Positions 12,570-25,933 of a stretch of 64,000 bases of DNA are shown piece by piece. Location of the stretch: contig RDEW01000002.1 in the NCBI GenBank assembly GCA_011109175.1, positions 1,594,111 through 1,658,110 of the forward strand. The letters are read 5' to 3'. This stretch comes from Dicyema japonicum. Taxonomy: Eukaryota; Animalia; Dicyemida. Numbering within the stretch: position 1 is the first letter of the stretch; each line of letters opens with the position of its first letter. Made by a program: the position numbers and the translations under genes. The notes beneath the pieces were generated by a model. The model was not told where the DNA came from, made no database searches, and saw nothing but the letters and a program-made list of their open reading frames with translations.

Positions 12570-13689
12570 CTGGGAATATATTTTTGACGTGGGAATTATT
12601 TTATTTTCTTTATATTTCAATTATGTTTGTGAATAAGACTTTAGTCTTACACGAAAATAAGTGGTTGCATCATGTTATTGTCCAACTTCTTTTAAATTGA
12701 GCGATTGCATTGCTCTTTCTGCCACTCACCATTGTCTAGCTACTCTTAAATCTATACTGTGGTTCCTTTAACTGTTTCATGTTATCCTCTATCTCAATGG
12801 ACTTTCGTTTGAGATCAATAATAACTTAACCAACATCACTCCCTTGAACATTCCTTAGTCCACTAACATACTTTTAAGAGTCCTCTTGATCGTAATAGAT
12901 TGAACACATTTTACTTACATTCCTTTCAACGTCAACAAAATCGGAATAATTTTAAGTTTACATAATTTGAGACAACCAGAGAGGAAACATTCATAATTAA
13001 ATTTTTATATAAAGCAGAAAAGAAATTTCTCCAAAGGTATTTTTTTAACCAGAAAAAATGAGGTCTCTTTTTCGTATATACACAAACTTGCTTTATTATG
13101 GGATAACAGAAAAACTGAGGAAAGCTATTGGAATTTGCTAAGTCATACTATACATAGGAATCCAAATAAGCTAAGTTTCCTTGAGGACGCGCTAAAATTC
13201 AATTTTGGAGATTAACCTATTATTAGGGTAGAAATTGTTATATTTGGGACAAAAAATAGGACATTGTCCAATTTACCGTGTTTCAAAGATGAAATTGTCC
13301 AAAATAGGACATGAATATTCTTGTGTATTTACTGTCTTCATTTTATGACAGGTTTGCATTTTCTCAATTATTAGAACCATTAGTATTCAAAGGGAAGCAG
13401 GTTTGAACTGTCCAAAATAATGGATCTTATTCAAACATCGGAATTCTGAGATTACTCAATTAAGGAAGACATATATCCTTTGGAGAGGGTCCAGTTGTCA
13501 TAAGTTCGTGGTCCCTAAACTCTCACATTGATTTTTCGACTAATATCGTAAAAAGCCAAAAAACAAACATTCATTAAAATACAAAAAACCCATAACCCTC
13601 ACCACCATAGGCATTTACCAAAAATCTCCACATACAAAAAGTCAAACATCAACACATCCAAGTCCCATAATAAGGATTATGTCAAAGAA

Positions 13690-15130
13690 CGTGATGCTAG
13701 ACGTTTTTATACCCTTTATGTTGATTCTGGATGGACAAGTCTCCAATTCGAACTTAGCAATGCCAATTGTGGATAAACTCTCATAATGACCTACGGGCCA
13801 AAACTGGGCCGACTTTGTTATCAGAACAAATTTACACGGATGACGTAGATTTTATTTCGGAGAACACATAAGAGATCAGGACTGTTATAAATCAGCTCCG
13901 GGAGCATTTGCTGCATGGTTTCTGAAAATGACAAAACAAAAGACGGAGGTGACAACTGTAAAAGAAAAACTCAATTGACAGATGAGAAATGGAGAACAAA
14001 GTCGGCTCACTACTCGATGATTGGGAAAATGTTATCGACTTTATCACTTAAACGACTAATGTCCACGTGGCTAAAATATTCACATGTCTGGTGCGTTTAT
14101 ACAATGCATTTATTCTGACCATTTTGCTGTGCAACTGGGATTTGAATCAAACTTGTACTGAAAGCTTGAAAGCTTAACAAAAAAAACAACTGAAATCCCT
14201 ATTGGACATACACTATCTGAAGATGATCAGAAACCAGAACCTATACGGTTGTCATAATATAGATGATATCAAGTTATCCACAGGGACCGACCCTTGTTGT
14301 ACTCACGCTCTCATTGTTTTTGTGGGATCATCTCATATGGGTGTATTTGATTATGTTTATAGAAAGTGCTCGCGATGCTGTTTCAACACTATGTTCCCCT
14401 GCAGTAACCAACAAGGAGTGATATTATTCTGGAAACTGAACAGGAATGATTGCTTCCTTAGATTAAATAATTGTTAATATCTTCATAATACTATTGATCA
14501 GTCTAATAGCTAGAACGTGGTTGAGTTTTGCATCACACTGATTAATGATCCTCTTCTGTAAGTTACCCTTCAAGACATTAGTCTTATATACCAGGACCCA
14601 AGGAATCGATGACCATCCATTCTATGAAGTTTAACTTGCCAGCACAGTTGTTTCAGAAAATATCAACCCGTAGATAACAAATAGTATGCGATAAAGAAAC
14701 TTTTTGAGGAGTGCCAATATGTGTCTCAAGTTTACAAGATAGGTCTGAACCCACTCAGACTTGTATTTCTGTGTACGCAATAATTACCCGTATCATCCTT
14801 TGACCGTCCTCGTCCAGCAATGTACCAAGTAACAGCATTAGTTCCCCTCTGAGTACAACATCGGAACCTCGGGAGAGATCATCCACAAGATGTGAACAGC
14901 CTTCTGGAACTCTACGTCATGGCGCATATCCATCTATGTGTCCATACGACATTCGCCGTGAACTTTTCTCTTCTGAATCCACTTTGGCCCAGAGTCAGAT
15001 ATTCGTCAACAGTAGGAGAAATTCTATCCTGAAGAATCATAGATATTAATTTTCTTAGAGTTGTTAAGCCTGAGATTTTCTACAGGTTCAACAGGCTTCT
15101 CAGGTTTCTGTAAATAAATCAGAATTCCCT
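13690..15130. mobile_element. RTE-like RT fragments in both orientations
   Basis: YTDDVDF motif. The sequence is similar to 44700-45700, with 13790-14250 direct and 14750-15130 inverted. Confidence 0.7.
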
Positions 15131-15380
15131 GTCAGTTTCCGTCAGTTTGTTCTTTGCAGTGAGATCGAAATTCTTCTCATATTGATTGTCATTAGGATAG
15201 ATTCTCTAGCGTGTGCATTAGAGATAGTGAAAAAGAGGGACCTCACCAATTCAACAATATAACTTTTTTGGAAGAAAGTGATTTTAAGCGTTATTCAAAT
15301 AAAAATATTAAATAAACTAAAAATCAAAATAAAAATAATTTCAAATTTATTTAAAATAGCGGCAAATATTTTTTGTTGTG

Positions 15381-18300
15381 ATGAGTTGCTGTGACTACTC
15401 ACTCATTGAACTATGTAATCATCTCATCAAGAACTTTTCAGACACTTCCCAGTCAAAACATAAATTCAAAAAATTGTTTTTCAACAAATTACTGACTACC
15501 AAAAGGTACCAAATACATAATACTCCCAGAAAACAGAAAATAATATTAAATGATATCACATTGGATTTCCTAAACAAACTCTCTATTAAACTCTCCCCTA
15601 AAAATAAGCGAAGAATTCAAATTTGTTCCATTTTAAGTGAAAAAGTTGGTGAACAAGCCAACAACTACATTCTTTTCATAGTTCTTCTCAAACAACCCAT
15701 CCAAACTCCCAAAAATCCATTAAAGAGATTTTTTGAAGTTGTCATGGTTTTTTCTGTTAGAATTCCCATCCACGTGCTCTCTACAGTCAGCCAAACTCTA
15801 TCTCCAGTTTTTTCACATGGGATAACAAAGAATCCCCAAAAGTTAAGGTTGTTGATGATACTACATATGATGTCTCCGAGATGCCGATAAAACTACCAGT
15901 TAATCGCACGTGGGATGCTGTGCTGAGGTTGTGTTGCTGATAATAAAGTCATGAATTACTCAGGTGGGCCAACTTTACCAATGGGATTCACTCCATTCCC
16001 GATTATGAGGAATGGGGGGACATTCCGTGTTCGGAGTTGTCGGGCACCGTTGAGTCCTTCATTCAGGATTTCATGCGACTGTATCTGGGAATCAGGATCC
16101 GCCACATGTCCGCAGACAGGCCCATAAAGTCCTCACTAGTGCGAAACTCTCTGTCCTCTTATTTCCAGTAGCAGATGGTCTAACCTAGATTCTTGAACAC
16201 TTGTCTCGGCCGACTTAGGGAGAGCACGGAATCTGTATTTCCTTATAAACAAGCTTAGCTGTTGGACTACGTCGATTCGCAGAGGAGTGTGGCTCAAAGC
16301 ACTGAATATTCCACGTGCGTGGGGATATTCGTCATCACTGTGCATAACCCCATCCTGGAGTAAGGATTCTTTTATTTTAAGTAATATATGGAAGTGTGTA
16401 ACTACTTGTAGGCCTGATTTGGGAGTCACTCATACTATATATTCAGGGTCACTGGGTATTCCAAATAAGTTAATGTAGATCGTAACTTCTGGGTGCATGG
16501 CTTTGAGAGTGATTATATCAGGTATTCAGGTCGCGTGGTAGATTGCAACAAGATGATGACATTGTTGGGCTCGTGGAAGGAGGTAGTTGTGTGGTGATTG
16601 TAGTTCTCACTTGAAAATGCGTTTGGTAGTGCTCCACGTTTTGAGATGAGGTCAGTCACGTGGGCCGACGTGGAGAGGGTCAGAAGAGAGGCGAAGGCCT
16701 TCTATTCGGGAATTAACGCTCGGTTCGATGACTTTTGTAAGCGTCGGTTGGTCTCTAACTTATTCTTAGACTTCAGCAAGAGGCTAGAGCACGTGATGAG
16801 AAAACACGTGCTATATTAGAACGGATAAGGGGGAGGAAGAGGGAGACCATTGTGGAGGACAATTCCCGGGCCAAGAAGCTAGAATATGCAGAAGAGCTGA
16901 AGAAACAGATTGAGGACAACTTGATGAGAAGGCTTAATGAGGTTGGCGATGAATCCGACTTGGGGATGAGTGAGAGGATGATTAGTGAGGAAATAAAGTA
17001 ACTGGAGGTTGTTATTAAGGCGGAAGTTGATTGAACTGCACGGATTAGAGATGAAAAAAGTTGATGTGAGGATTGAGAAGGCTGATTGGTTGGTTAGGCG
17101 GCATTTATTGAGTGAAGCACGTGTTGATGCTATTCTATCCATTCCTGATGAATTTACCTTATATCCACGTGTTGTTGAATCAGTTGTTGAGAAGGATAAG
17201 GAAAGGAATGTTTCAACTCCCATGAGTACTAGTCAATTAGTTGAGTTGGATGAAGTTAAGTCGTCCCACGTGGCTAATCTTTATGAAGATGGAAGGATTG
17301 AAGTGAATGATAGTGTGGAATTTGGGAATGTTGATTCTGGTGAAGCAACACTTGTGGAAAATATAAATCTGTTGGGGGAGGATGATGAAACTAGCGATAC
17401 TAATAAATTGGGAGAGATTGGTGAAACAGATCTAATAAATATGGAAGTTATCAATGAGACTGATGATCATAACCATGTGGGAGATACTATGAATTTAGAA
17501 GGGATCAGTGAATCTCACATGGTGGACCATTGCCGAACAACTAATAATGAGCATAACGAAGAAAGAATATATCCTAATAATGTGGAGACCGTTGACTGTT
17601 ATACCAATATTAATGAGGACTCCAGTCATGTCACGTGCACTTATTCACTACTAAATGATAAATCTGAGATTATTAGACAATTCACCTTTCAGTTTGAGTC
17701 ACACAAGGATCAGAGTGTACCACGGGAGATCACTTGCTTATTGGATGAGGCCAACCGACTGGAGGATGACTTTCTAAGTTGTAGGGAGTGTGTGGAACAG
17801 TGGATGGAAAGTGTGGTAGCCCCCCATTACACCCTACTAAATAGAGTCACCTTCTATTACATATACAACGTGTGCAAATTCGTACAAATATTTAACTCTA
17901 TCCGTGACTACTTGCTATTGGGAGATGCTTTGTTCGCATATTATTTGTTGAGTTCTATCAACTCCCATTTGGTTTGGACTGGAGTTTCAACCCGCGTTTT
18001 TGTATTCAATCAGTGCCTTTCTGACGCTTTCGCACGTGTAAGTGTTGAAAATCCTGGGATGACTTTCATTGGGGACCAGAAAGGAAGTCAAAGACCTAGT
18101 GACCCCCCAAGGATGAATTGGAGGATGAACTGGCCCCTCAATATAGTAATAACTGCTGGTTGTGTGGAGAAGTACTCTGAGATGTTCTCATTGCTGGTTA
18201 AATTGGAGATGTGCTGTCTAAGACTGAAGGAACTGAGGGGTATGGACCGATTTGAATCGATTGCTCGCTTCAGGATGCTCAGTTTTGCTTTGCAGCTGAG

Positions 18301-18693
18301 GAATTACTTTTATACTCAAATCCACGTGGTTTCCGCTCGTGAATTTAATGAGGGGTTGAAAAGTACTTGGGATGTGGATAAACTGCATGATCTCCACTTT
18401 GCTTTTGTGGCGAAGGCATATTCTAGGTTTTTTCTGTGGTTATTTTTGGTGTTTTCTCAATTCTAAGTCGATTTGTGAAGTGATTGATGACATATTTGGG
18501 GTTATTGATGAGTTTGCTACACATGGTTTGGGTGAAGGATGCTTAGAGAGGTTTATGAATTATTTGAATGTGCTGATATTTGGTTGATGATGTTGTTATT
18601 GTAGTGGGATATGAACTGTCGGGACGTGCCTATTTGCCATTTATCAACGAACTTATCGTTTGTCTTAATTTTAATAATTATTATACATTTTAA
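15381..18693 (+). CDS. TUBGCP6: Gamma-tubulin complex component 6 (GCP6), about 11 mini-introns
   Basis: Motifs LIELCNHL..KKLFFNKLL, DRNFWVHGF, KADWLVRRHLLSEAR, RDYLLLGDALFA and WPLNIVITAGCVEKYSEMFSLLVKL, with spliced C-terminus LNFNNYYTF*. Example introns: 16583-16603, 16747-16769, 16998-17019 and 18583-18604. Confidence 0.88.
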
Positions 18694-19033
18694 TGGCTTT
18701 GTTGTTGTATCTGGAATTTTGGGGAATTGGTTCGTCAGATAGGACCTGAATACTAAGTTCAAACTTCCTTTGATCAGAACTTAAGCTTTCCGCTTTCTCA
18801 TGAGTCTGTCTCACTAGAAGAAGGAAGACAGGGGATTCCATCAATCATGAAGCTAAATATTTATTCCGTAGAATGGCGGCTAACTGATCTTAGCAATTAA
18901 TATTTGGCTAACTTGTCTTGGTAGTACCTAAAGGAAACTAATAGTTTAAATTATTAATTCCCGCTTAGAAAATAAAATTTCAAGTTTTTTGTACAATGTG
19001 AATATTAAATTTATCATAATTTCCGAAACTCTT

Positions 19034-20270
19034 ACGATAAAGGTTGTTGGTAATTAGGTGTAAGTACCACGAAATCATGTACCGGTTAGTTTTCCAGCCG
19101 ATCTCGTTGAGATGTCTGACGTTTTGACCCGAGAACGTCTGAGTTTATCATGCTAATCGGACGGCAAGAGGGAAGCGGAAGGGTGTCATTAGAATGACGC
19201 GATGGCTTTTCCAGAACATTGATATTGCGATTATAAAAGGTGAATCCCAAGCGTTTTAATATTTGGAGATCATAATGAAGAACTGTCATAGTAACTTTAT
19301 ATTTTAACCTAATTGAATTAAACAGTTATACTAATGCCTCAGATAGGAATTGTTAACACAAGTGATTAAGGTGATTTTTTTCAATAAAGTAAAAAAAATT
19401 CATATGTTCTTAAAATTGTTTAAAATTTATAAAAAATGCAATTTTTTGTTAGTTAAATCAAATAAAAAAAGGACAAAACATCAGTTTGTGATTAAAAATA
19501 TTATATAAATCAAAAGTCAAAAAGTCAAAATTTATTTTGTTAGGTCTATAAAGCCAAAATTTTTATTGATTTTTATTGATTAATTTTTAGAGTTTTTGAA
19601 TAAAATAATAACGTGTCATCTGTTATGCCTCACTCATTCAGGAAGGTCATTGTAGAGGTTAAAACAGTATCCCGGCGAATTTTTCTTCTAAGAAACATTT
19701 CAAAACAGCAGGTTTATCATTTTTATTACTATTTCACAGGGTGCCACTGTAAAAGTATCTGATTTTCTCATTCCATCTACGTACTCTAGGATCAATAAGG
19801 TCACTAAACTTGTTTGAAGTATTGGATATCGTATTACTTCTTCCTACACTTTCCAAAAAAATTTAGAAAATATTTTACCTGAAAGGGGTAGTTGTTGAAT
19901 GTTATCGTAAAAATCTTAAGTGAAAATAACTAAGAGCTTTGATGGAAATGGAATCAAATATTTTTATAAGTAAAGCGATTTCTGTCAATAAAGTCAATTA
20001 ATTTTTAAGTCAATAAAGTCAATTTTTTATTGATTTTTATTTATTAATTTTTCAAGTTTTTAAATAAAATTTTAGCGTGGGATCAATAATCATCATTCAC
20101 TGTGATGGCACGTTCAATCAAGAATGTCATTGAAAAGATTAATTTTCTAGTTAGAAAATATCCTGGTGAATTTTCTATCAACTCACAGGGAAATCTTCGT
20201 TGCAATTTATGTGGGGCAGACAAAAAAACAATTTTTTGTCGAATCACATCAAATTAGAAGGTTTATCATT
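19034..20270 (+). repeat. About 1.2-1.5 kb duplicated block (partner 21420-22940) of CRE-like and hAT fragments flanking an N-gap
   Basis: High identity with scattered substitutions and indels, starting TACGATAAAGGTTGTTG in both copies. Confidence 0.8.
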
Positions 20271-20640
20271 AGGGCAAGTTTTTTCTAGCACTTAAAAAAT
20301 TTTTTTATCGCTAAAAAATCACAAAATCTCGCAATTATAATTAAAAAAGTTAGCACTTAAAATGATAAAATATAACATTTAAATTTTATTTATTGTAATA
20401 TAATAAAAGTTAATGCTTGAAATTGTCTGGATGGAAGTTCCTATTTTTTTTAAATATTTTTTTAGCATTTTAATAGCTCTTTCAACAGATGCATATGATG
20501 CCTGACAGCGTGAAAGAGAAAAATAATATTGTTGGCTAATTTTTGGTTTAGTCATTTCAATAATAAATTTAAATCCATTTTCCTCCATTCTTTTATTTAT
20601 ATAATTTTTGATATTTGCCTTGTCATTATCAAAATGTAGT
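20270..20640 (-). mobile_element. hAT transposase C-terminal (dimerisation) fragment
   Basis: LSRCQASYASVERAIKML matches the hAT S..VER.FS motif. Confidence 0.65.
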
Positions 20641-22523
20641 CNNNNNNNNNNNNNNNNNNNNNNNNNNNNNNNNNNNNNNNNNNNNNNNNNNNNNNNNNNN
20701 NNNNNNNNNNNNNNNNNNNNNNNNNNNNNNNNNNNNNNNNNNNNNNNNNNNNNNNNNNNNNNNNNNNNNNNNNNNNNNNNNNNNNNNNNNNNNNNNNNNN
20801 NNNNNNNNNNNNNNNNNNNNNNNNNNNNNNNNNNNNNNNNNNNNNNNNNNNNNNNNNNNNNNNNNNNNNNNNNNNNNNNNNNNNNNNNNNNNNNNNNNNN
20901 NNNNNNNNNNNNNNNNNNNNNNNNNNNNNNNNNNNNNNNNNNNNNNNNNNNNNNNNNNNNNNNNNNNNNNNNNNNNNNNNNNNNNNNNNNNNNNNNNNNN
21001 NNNNNNNNNNNNNNNNNNNNNNNNNNNNNNNNNNNNNNNNNNNNNNNNNNNNNNNNNNNNNNNNNNNNNNNNNNNNNNNNNNNNNNNNNNNNNNNNNNNN
21101 NNNNNNNNNNNNNNNNNNNNNNNNNNNNNNNNNNNNNNNNNNNNNNNNNNNNNNNNNNNNNNNNNNNNNNNNNNNNNNNNNNNNNNNNNNNNNNNNNNNN
21201 NNNNNNNNNNNNNNNNNNNNNNNNNNNNNNNNNNNNNNNNNNNNNNNNNNNNNNNNNNNNNNNNNNNNNNNNNNNNNNNNNNNNNNNNNNNNNNNNNNNN
21301 NNNNNNNNNNNNNNNNNNNNNNNNNNNNNNNNNNNNNNNNNNNNNNNNNNNNNNNNNNNNNNNNNNNNNNNNNNNNNNNNNNNNNNNNNNNNNNNNNNNN
21401 NNNNNNNNNNNNNNNNNNNTTACGATAAAGGTTGTTGATAATTAGGTGTAAGTACCACGAAATCATGTACCGGTTAGTTTTCCAGCCGATCTCGTCGAGA
21501 TGTCTGACGTTTTGACCCGAGAACGTCTGAGTTTATCAGGTTAATCGGACGGCAAGAGGGAAGCGGAAGGGTTACATTAGAATGACGCGATGGCTTTTCC
21601 AGAACATTGATATAGCGATTATAAAAGGTGAATCCCAAGCGTGTTAATATTTGGAGGTCATAATGAAGAACTGTCATAGTAACTTTATATTTTAACCTAA
21701 TTGAATTGAACAGTTATACTAATGCCTCAGATAGGATTTGTTAACACAAGTGATTAAGGTGATTTTTTTCAATAAAATAAAAAAAATTCACATGTTATTA
21801 AAATTGTTTAAAATTTATAAAAATGCAATTTTTTTGTTAGTTAAATCAAATAAAAAAAGGACAAAACATCAGTTTTTGATTAAAAATATTATATAAATCA
21901 AAAGTCAAAAAAGTCAAAATTTATTTTGTTAGGTCTATAGAGCCAAAAATTTTATTGATTTTTATTTATTAATTTTTAGAGTTTTTGAATAAAATAATAA
22001 CGTGTCATCTGTTATGCACTCACTCACTCATTCAGGAAGGTCATTGTAGAGGTTAAAACAGTATCCCGGCGAATTTTTCTTCTAAGAAACATTTCAAAAC
22101 AGCAGGTTCATCATATTTATTACTATTTCACAGGGTGCCACTGTAAAAGTATCTGATTTTCTCATTCCATCTACGTACTCTAAGATCAATAAGGTCACTA
22201 AACCTGTTTGAAGGTGTTGGANTCCCGGCGAATTTTTCTTCTAAGAAACATTTCAAAACAGCAGGTTTATCATATTTATTACTATTTCACAGGGTGCCAC
22301 TGTAAAAGTATCTGATTTTCTCATTCCATCTACGTACTCTAGGATCAATAAGATCAATAAGCTTGTTTGAAGGTGTTGGATATCGTCTTACTTCTTCCTA
22401 CACTATCCAAAAAATTTAGAAAAAATTTTACCTGAAAGGGGTAGTTGTTGAATGTTATCGTAAAAATCTTAAGTGAAAATAACTAAGAGCTCTGATGGAA
22501 ATGGAATCAAATATTCTTATAAG

Positions 22524-24287
22524 TAAAGCGATTTTTGTCAATAAAGTCAAACATTTATATGTTTTTTAAAATTGTTTAAAACTTATTAAAATGTTATTTT
22601 TAGTCAAAAATAGTTATTAATCAAAAGTTATAATGTCAATAAAAATCAAAATTTTAAAAAGGTCAAAATTTAATTTTTAGGTAAATAAAGTCAAATTTTT
22701 TATTGATTTTTATTTATTAATTTTTCAAGTTTTAAAATAAAATTTTAGCGTGGGATCATTTATCATCATTCACTGTGATTGCACGTTCAATCAAGAATGT
22801 TGTTGAAAAGATTAATTTTGTAGTTAGAAAATATCCTGGTAAATTTTCTATCAACTCACGAGGAAATCTTCGTTGAAATTTATGTGGGACAGACAAAAAA
22901 ACAATTTTTTGTTGAATCACATCAAATTAGGTTTATCATTCTATTAATATTTCACAGGCGTCAATACTATATTGGACATAATCCTCCTTCTAATTACGCT
23001 TGCCGAAAACGTGCAGAAAATTTATGCCAGAAGTAGCTTTGCAGAATTAAGCTATTTTTTGTGTTAATCAATTATTTATTTATTATTATGAAAAAAGAAA
23101 AATTTATTATAGATCTGAAAAATTTTAATCAACGATGTTCTAAGGGATTTAGCGATAGATCGTGAAGACGGTGTTGAACACATTAGAAATTGCATTTCGG
23201 GGACGATTTATGTGGAATCAGGAAGTACTGGAATCAAGATTGTCAATTAGGTGCTTTCTAAAATTTATTATAGATCTGAAAAATTTTAATCAACGATGTT
23301 CTAAGGGATTTAGCGATAGATCGTGAAGACGGTGTTGAACACATTAGAAATTGCATTTCGGGGACGATTTATGTGGAATCAGGAAGTACTGGAATCAAGA
23401 TTGTCAATTAGGTGCTTTCTATCACAAAAGTGGAGAAACAACATATTTTTCCATTTGCATACAACTATTTGAAAAAGTGTCCTTCCAGACAAGTTTTTCT
23501 TTATTAAAAAAATTACTATCTAAAGACCGAAATTTTTAACCTATAAACGTTCTGAATTACATTACTCTGATTTTGATTAGTTTTTTATATTAAAAAAATT
23601 TTTGTAGACAAATTTATCNAATGCTTTTGATTAGTCGACTCCCAGAGTATATATTGTTTTTATGTACTTCTTACATATTGTCGTAAGCTAACGATGACTC
23701 CATACTATATCAGCAGTTGATTTTCCTGGTCTGAATCCGCTTTGACTTGGTGACAAGTATTGGTCATCTGAATTTGATGTTCGATTCAATGTTGTAATCG
23801 ACAATGTTTTTCGCAAAGTGGTCAAAAGCACGATCGGCTTGAAATTATCAATTGGACCTCCAGGTTTCCAGGTTTTTGTAAAGGAACTAGAACTCCCATC
23901 GCGATGTCAATTGAACAATGAGTCCTGAATATCTCGTTGAATATGAAAGTTATCTTTTCTGCTAGCTGGGTTGGTGCGTATTTTAACAACTCCCCACAAT
24001 TATTGTCATAGCCAGCTGCTCTGTTGTTATTCAGCCGAAAGAGTGCTCCGCGAATTTCTGAATCCGTAAACACATTATTAACTGCAATTTAAATTAGCAT
24101 TTAAACAAAAATTAGCATTTAAAATTAAAAATTTACACTGATTTTGATTAGTTTTTTTATATTAAAAAAATTTTTGTAGACAAATTTATCATAAAGTCAA
24201 AAAAGGTCAAAATTTTGAAATTTTAAAGTTAATAAAGTCAATTTTTAGGTCAACATTTCTTATAAAGTCAAAATAAAAATCGCCCTA
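22524..24287 (+). mobile_element. Internally deleted hAT element (CGGBP1/hAT19-like N-terminus)
   Basis: Imperfect TIRs TAAAGCGATTTTT / AAAAATCGCCCTA; 8-bp TSD CTTATAAG / ATTATAAG (7/8); AAAGTCAA subterminal repeats. The motif KYPGEFSINSQGNLRCNLC..KKQFFVESH is clearest in the copy at 20105-20250. Confidence 0.7.
23620..24075 (-). mobile_element. RTE-like RT fragment
   Basis: LNNNRAAGYDNNCGELLKY..GVLVPLQKPG and QSGFRPGKSTADIV motifs. Confidence 0.75.
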
Positions 24288-25933
24288 ATTATAAGCAATC
24301 TATCCAAATGAACTACAGATCAATTATTATGTCATTATTTGTGTATTCATTACTAGGATAACGGAAGAAAAATGTTTCTCCGTAAAAAACAAAGCTAATA
24401 GATTCAAAATTGTATTTAATTTATTTAAAACCAAGAATCATCGACAAAATAAAATAGAGTAGGAAGAGAGACATTTTTTACGTGTTTGCTGATGGTCTTA
24501 AGGTCGTATGTGATCCCCAGTAATTTGATTGATTTTTTGAGGGGATTGATATTAATTAAGAGTCAAAAAAATACCGAGTTTAGGAGTCAAAAAATACCGT
24601 CTTCTATTAAAAGTAAAAAATCATTGAGCTCAAATCTTCACGACTTGTATGTAATAGGTTCCTAGTGAGTCTACAGTTCAGTTCAGTAATTCTTTGAACG
24701 GGTACTCGCTGAGTGAATGCACTGGTCTCTTGTTGCCAGGATTACGTCGCCAGCATAAGCAAGGATCAGAGCATCGTTGCTGCTATGGGAATGAATGTCG
24801 ATCATAGAGAGGCTGAAGAGAATGTTGATAGTGGGATCCCCGTGGGATCCCATTAGGCGAAAATTTAATGACAGAAAATTGGCATTACTGGTGACTGATC
24901 AATTTAAAGATAGATACACACGTGATCCTTCGGTTAATACTGGTCAGATCTTGCCATCAATGTAAGTGATAGAAGGTTTCTCGACAAAAATTGTCTTTGA
25001 TCGGAAATCTTCGGTTTAATCTTTGGATTTGACTGGAATTCGTTTGGCACGAAGGCTTTAGTGGATAAGCCACGGTATTGAATGATGGAAGTGAACCTAG
25101 AATGACGCGATGGCTTTTCCAGAAAATTGAAATGCGATTATGACCGGTAACTACCATTAGGTGTTCATGGATAGTCTCAATAGAAGCCAGATAATCATCT
25201 ATTTTTTGTAGTTCTCTGATATTTCAACCTCCAATTTTAATAATAACAGCATTTTCACGAGATCCATAATATTTATAGCTAACATAGGCAGGACACACTT
25301 TATTTCAGTGAATTCAATTAAGGTCATAGTTACACATTTAATAGCTTGTTTAATGTAGAACAGGAGTTCACAACTGGTGGTGCTCGCACCTTTTATTTTT
25401 TTCAAAAACTTTATAGTTATTTTTTTGACTTTGAATAGAATTCCACATTTGCACATTGGAGGAATTTAGAGTTCAGTATGAAAATGTATCCTCGATTATC
25501 TCATTAAAAGCACTTTCACAGAACCCAAGAACGTTGTATTAACTAAGGTCTTGTTTGTGTCACACGTTGCACAATCTGCTTCACCAGGCGTCTCTATCGG
25601 CCTCTGCTTTGCGCATCTGTCTTTAGATCTTCTAGGTCTTTTGCAGATTCAAGATTTCTTCTATTCCCATTAAGATCCTTGTTCAAGCCACGGGTAGAGT
25701 GACTCTGGGTCTTCCTCTGAATGATGTTTTGTTCTCATTGTTAAAGTAATTGTCCATTATTATATTTGCAGGGGCGTTTATGTCTATTCTGAGCACGTGC
25801 CAGAACAGTCTCCACCTTGATTCAATAATATCGATGCTCATTGGCCTCGATTGTGCCACAGAGTTTAATTTTTTATTTAAACCGAAAACCAAATTTATTC
25901 CAAAGTAAGTAAGGAGTTATTTTTAGGATATTT

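Noticed and set aside
20597-21466. Long ORFs over N runs (also 57102-57828)
   Set aside because: They are artefacts of translating assembly gaps.
23100-23420. Many exact 85-160 bp tandem duplications (also near 7875, 28935, 31190, 41950, 46665, 47015, 49503, 53360, 55163, 55580, 56110, 56457, 61650) considered as a repeat array or CRISPR-like system
   Set aside because: Each is a two-copy, read-length-scale duplicate of unrelated local sequence with no common repeat or spacers. Gap-filling artefacts are the most likely cause; long reads would settle it.
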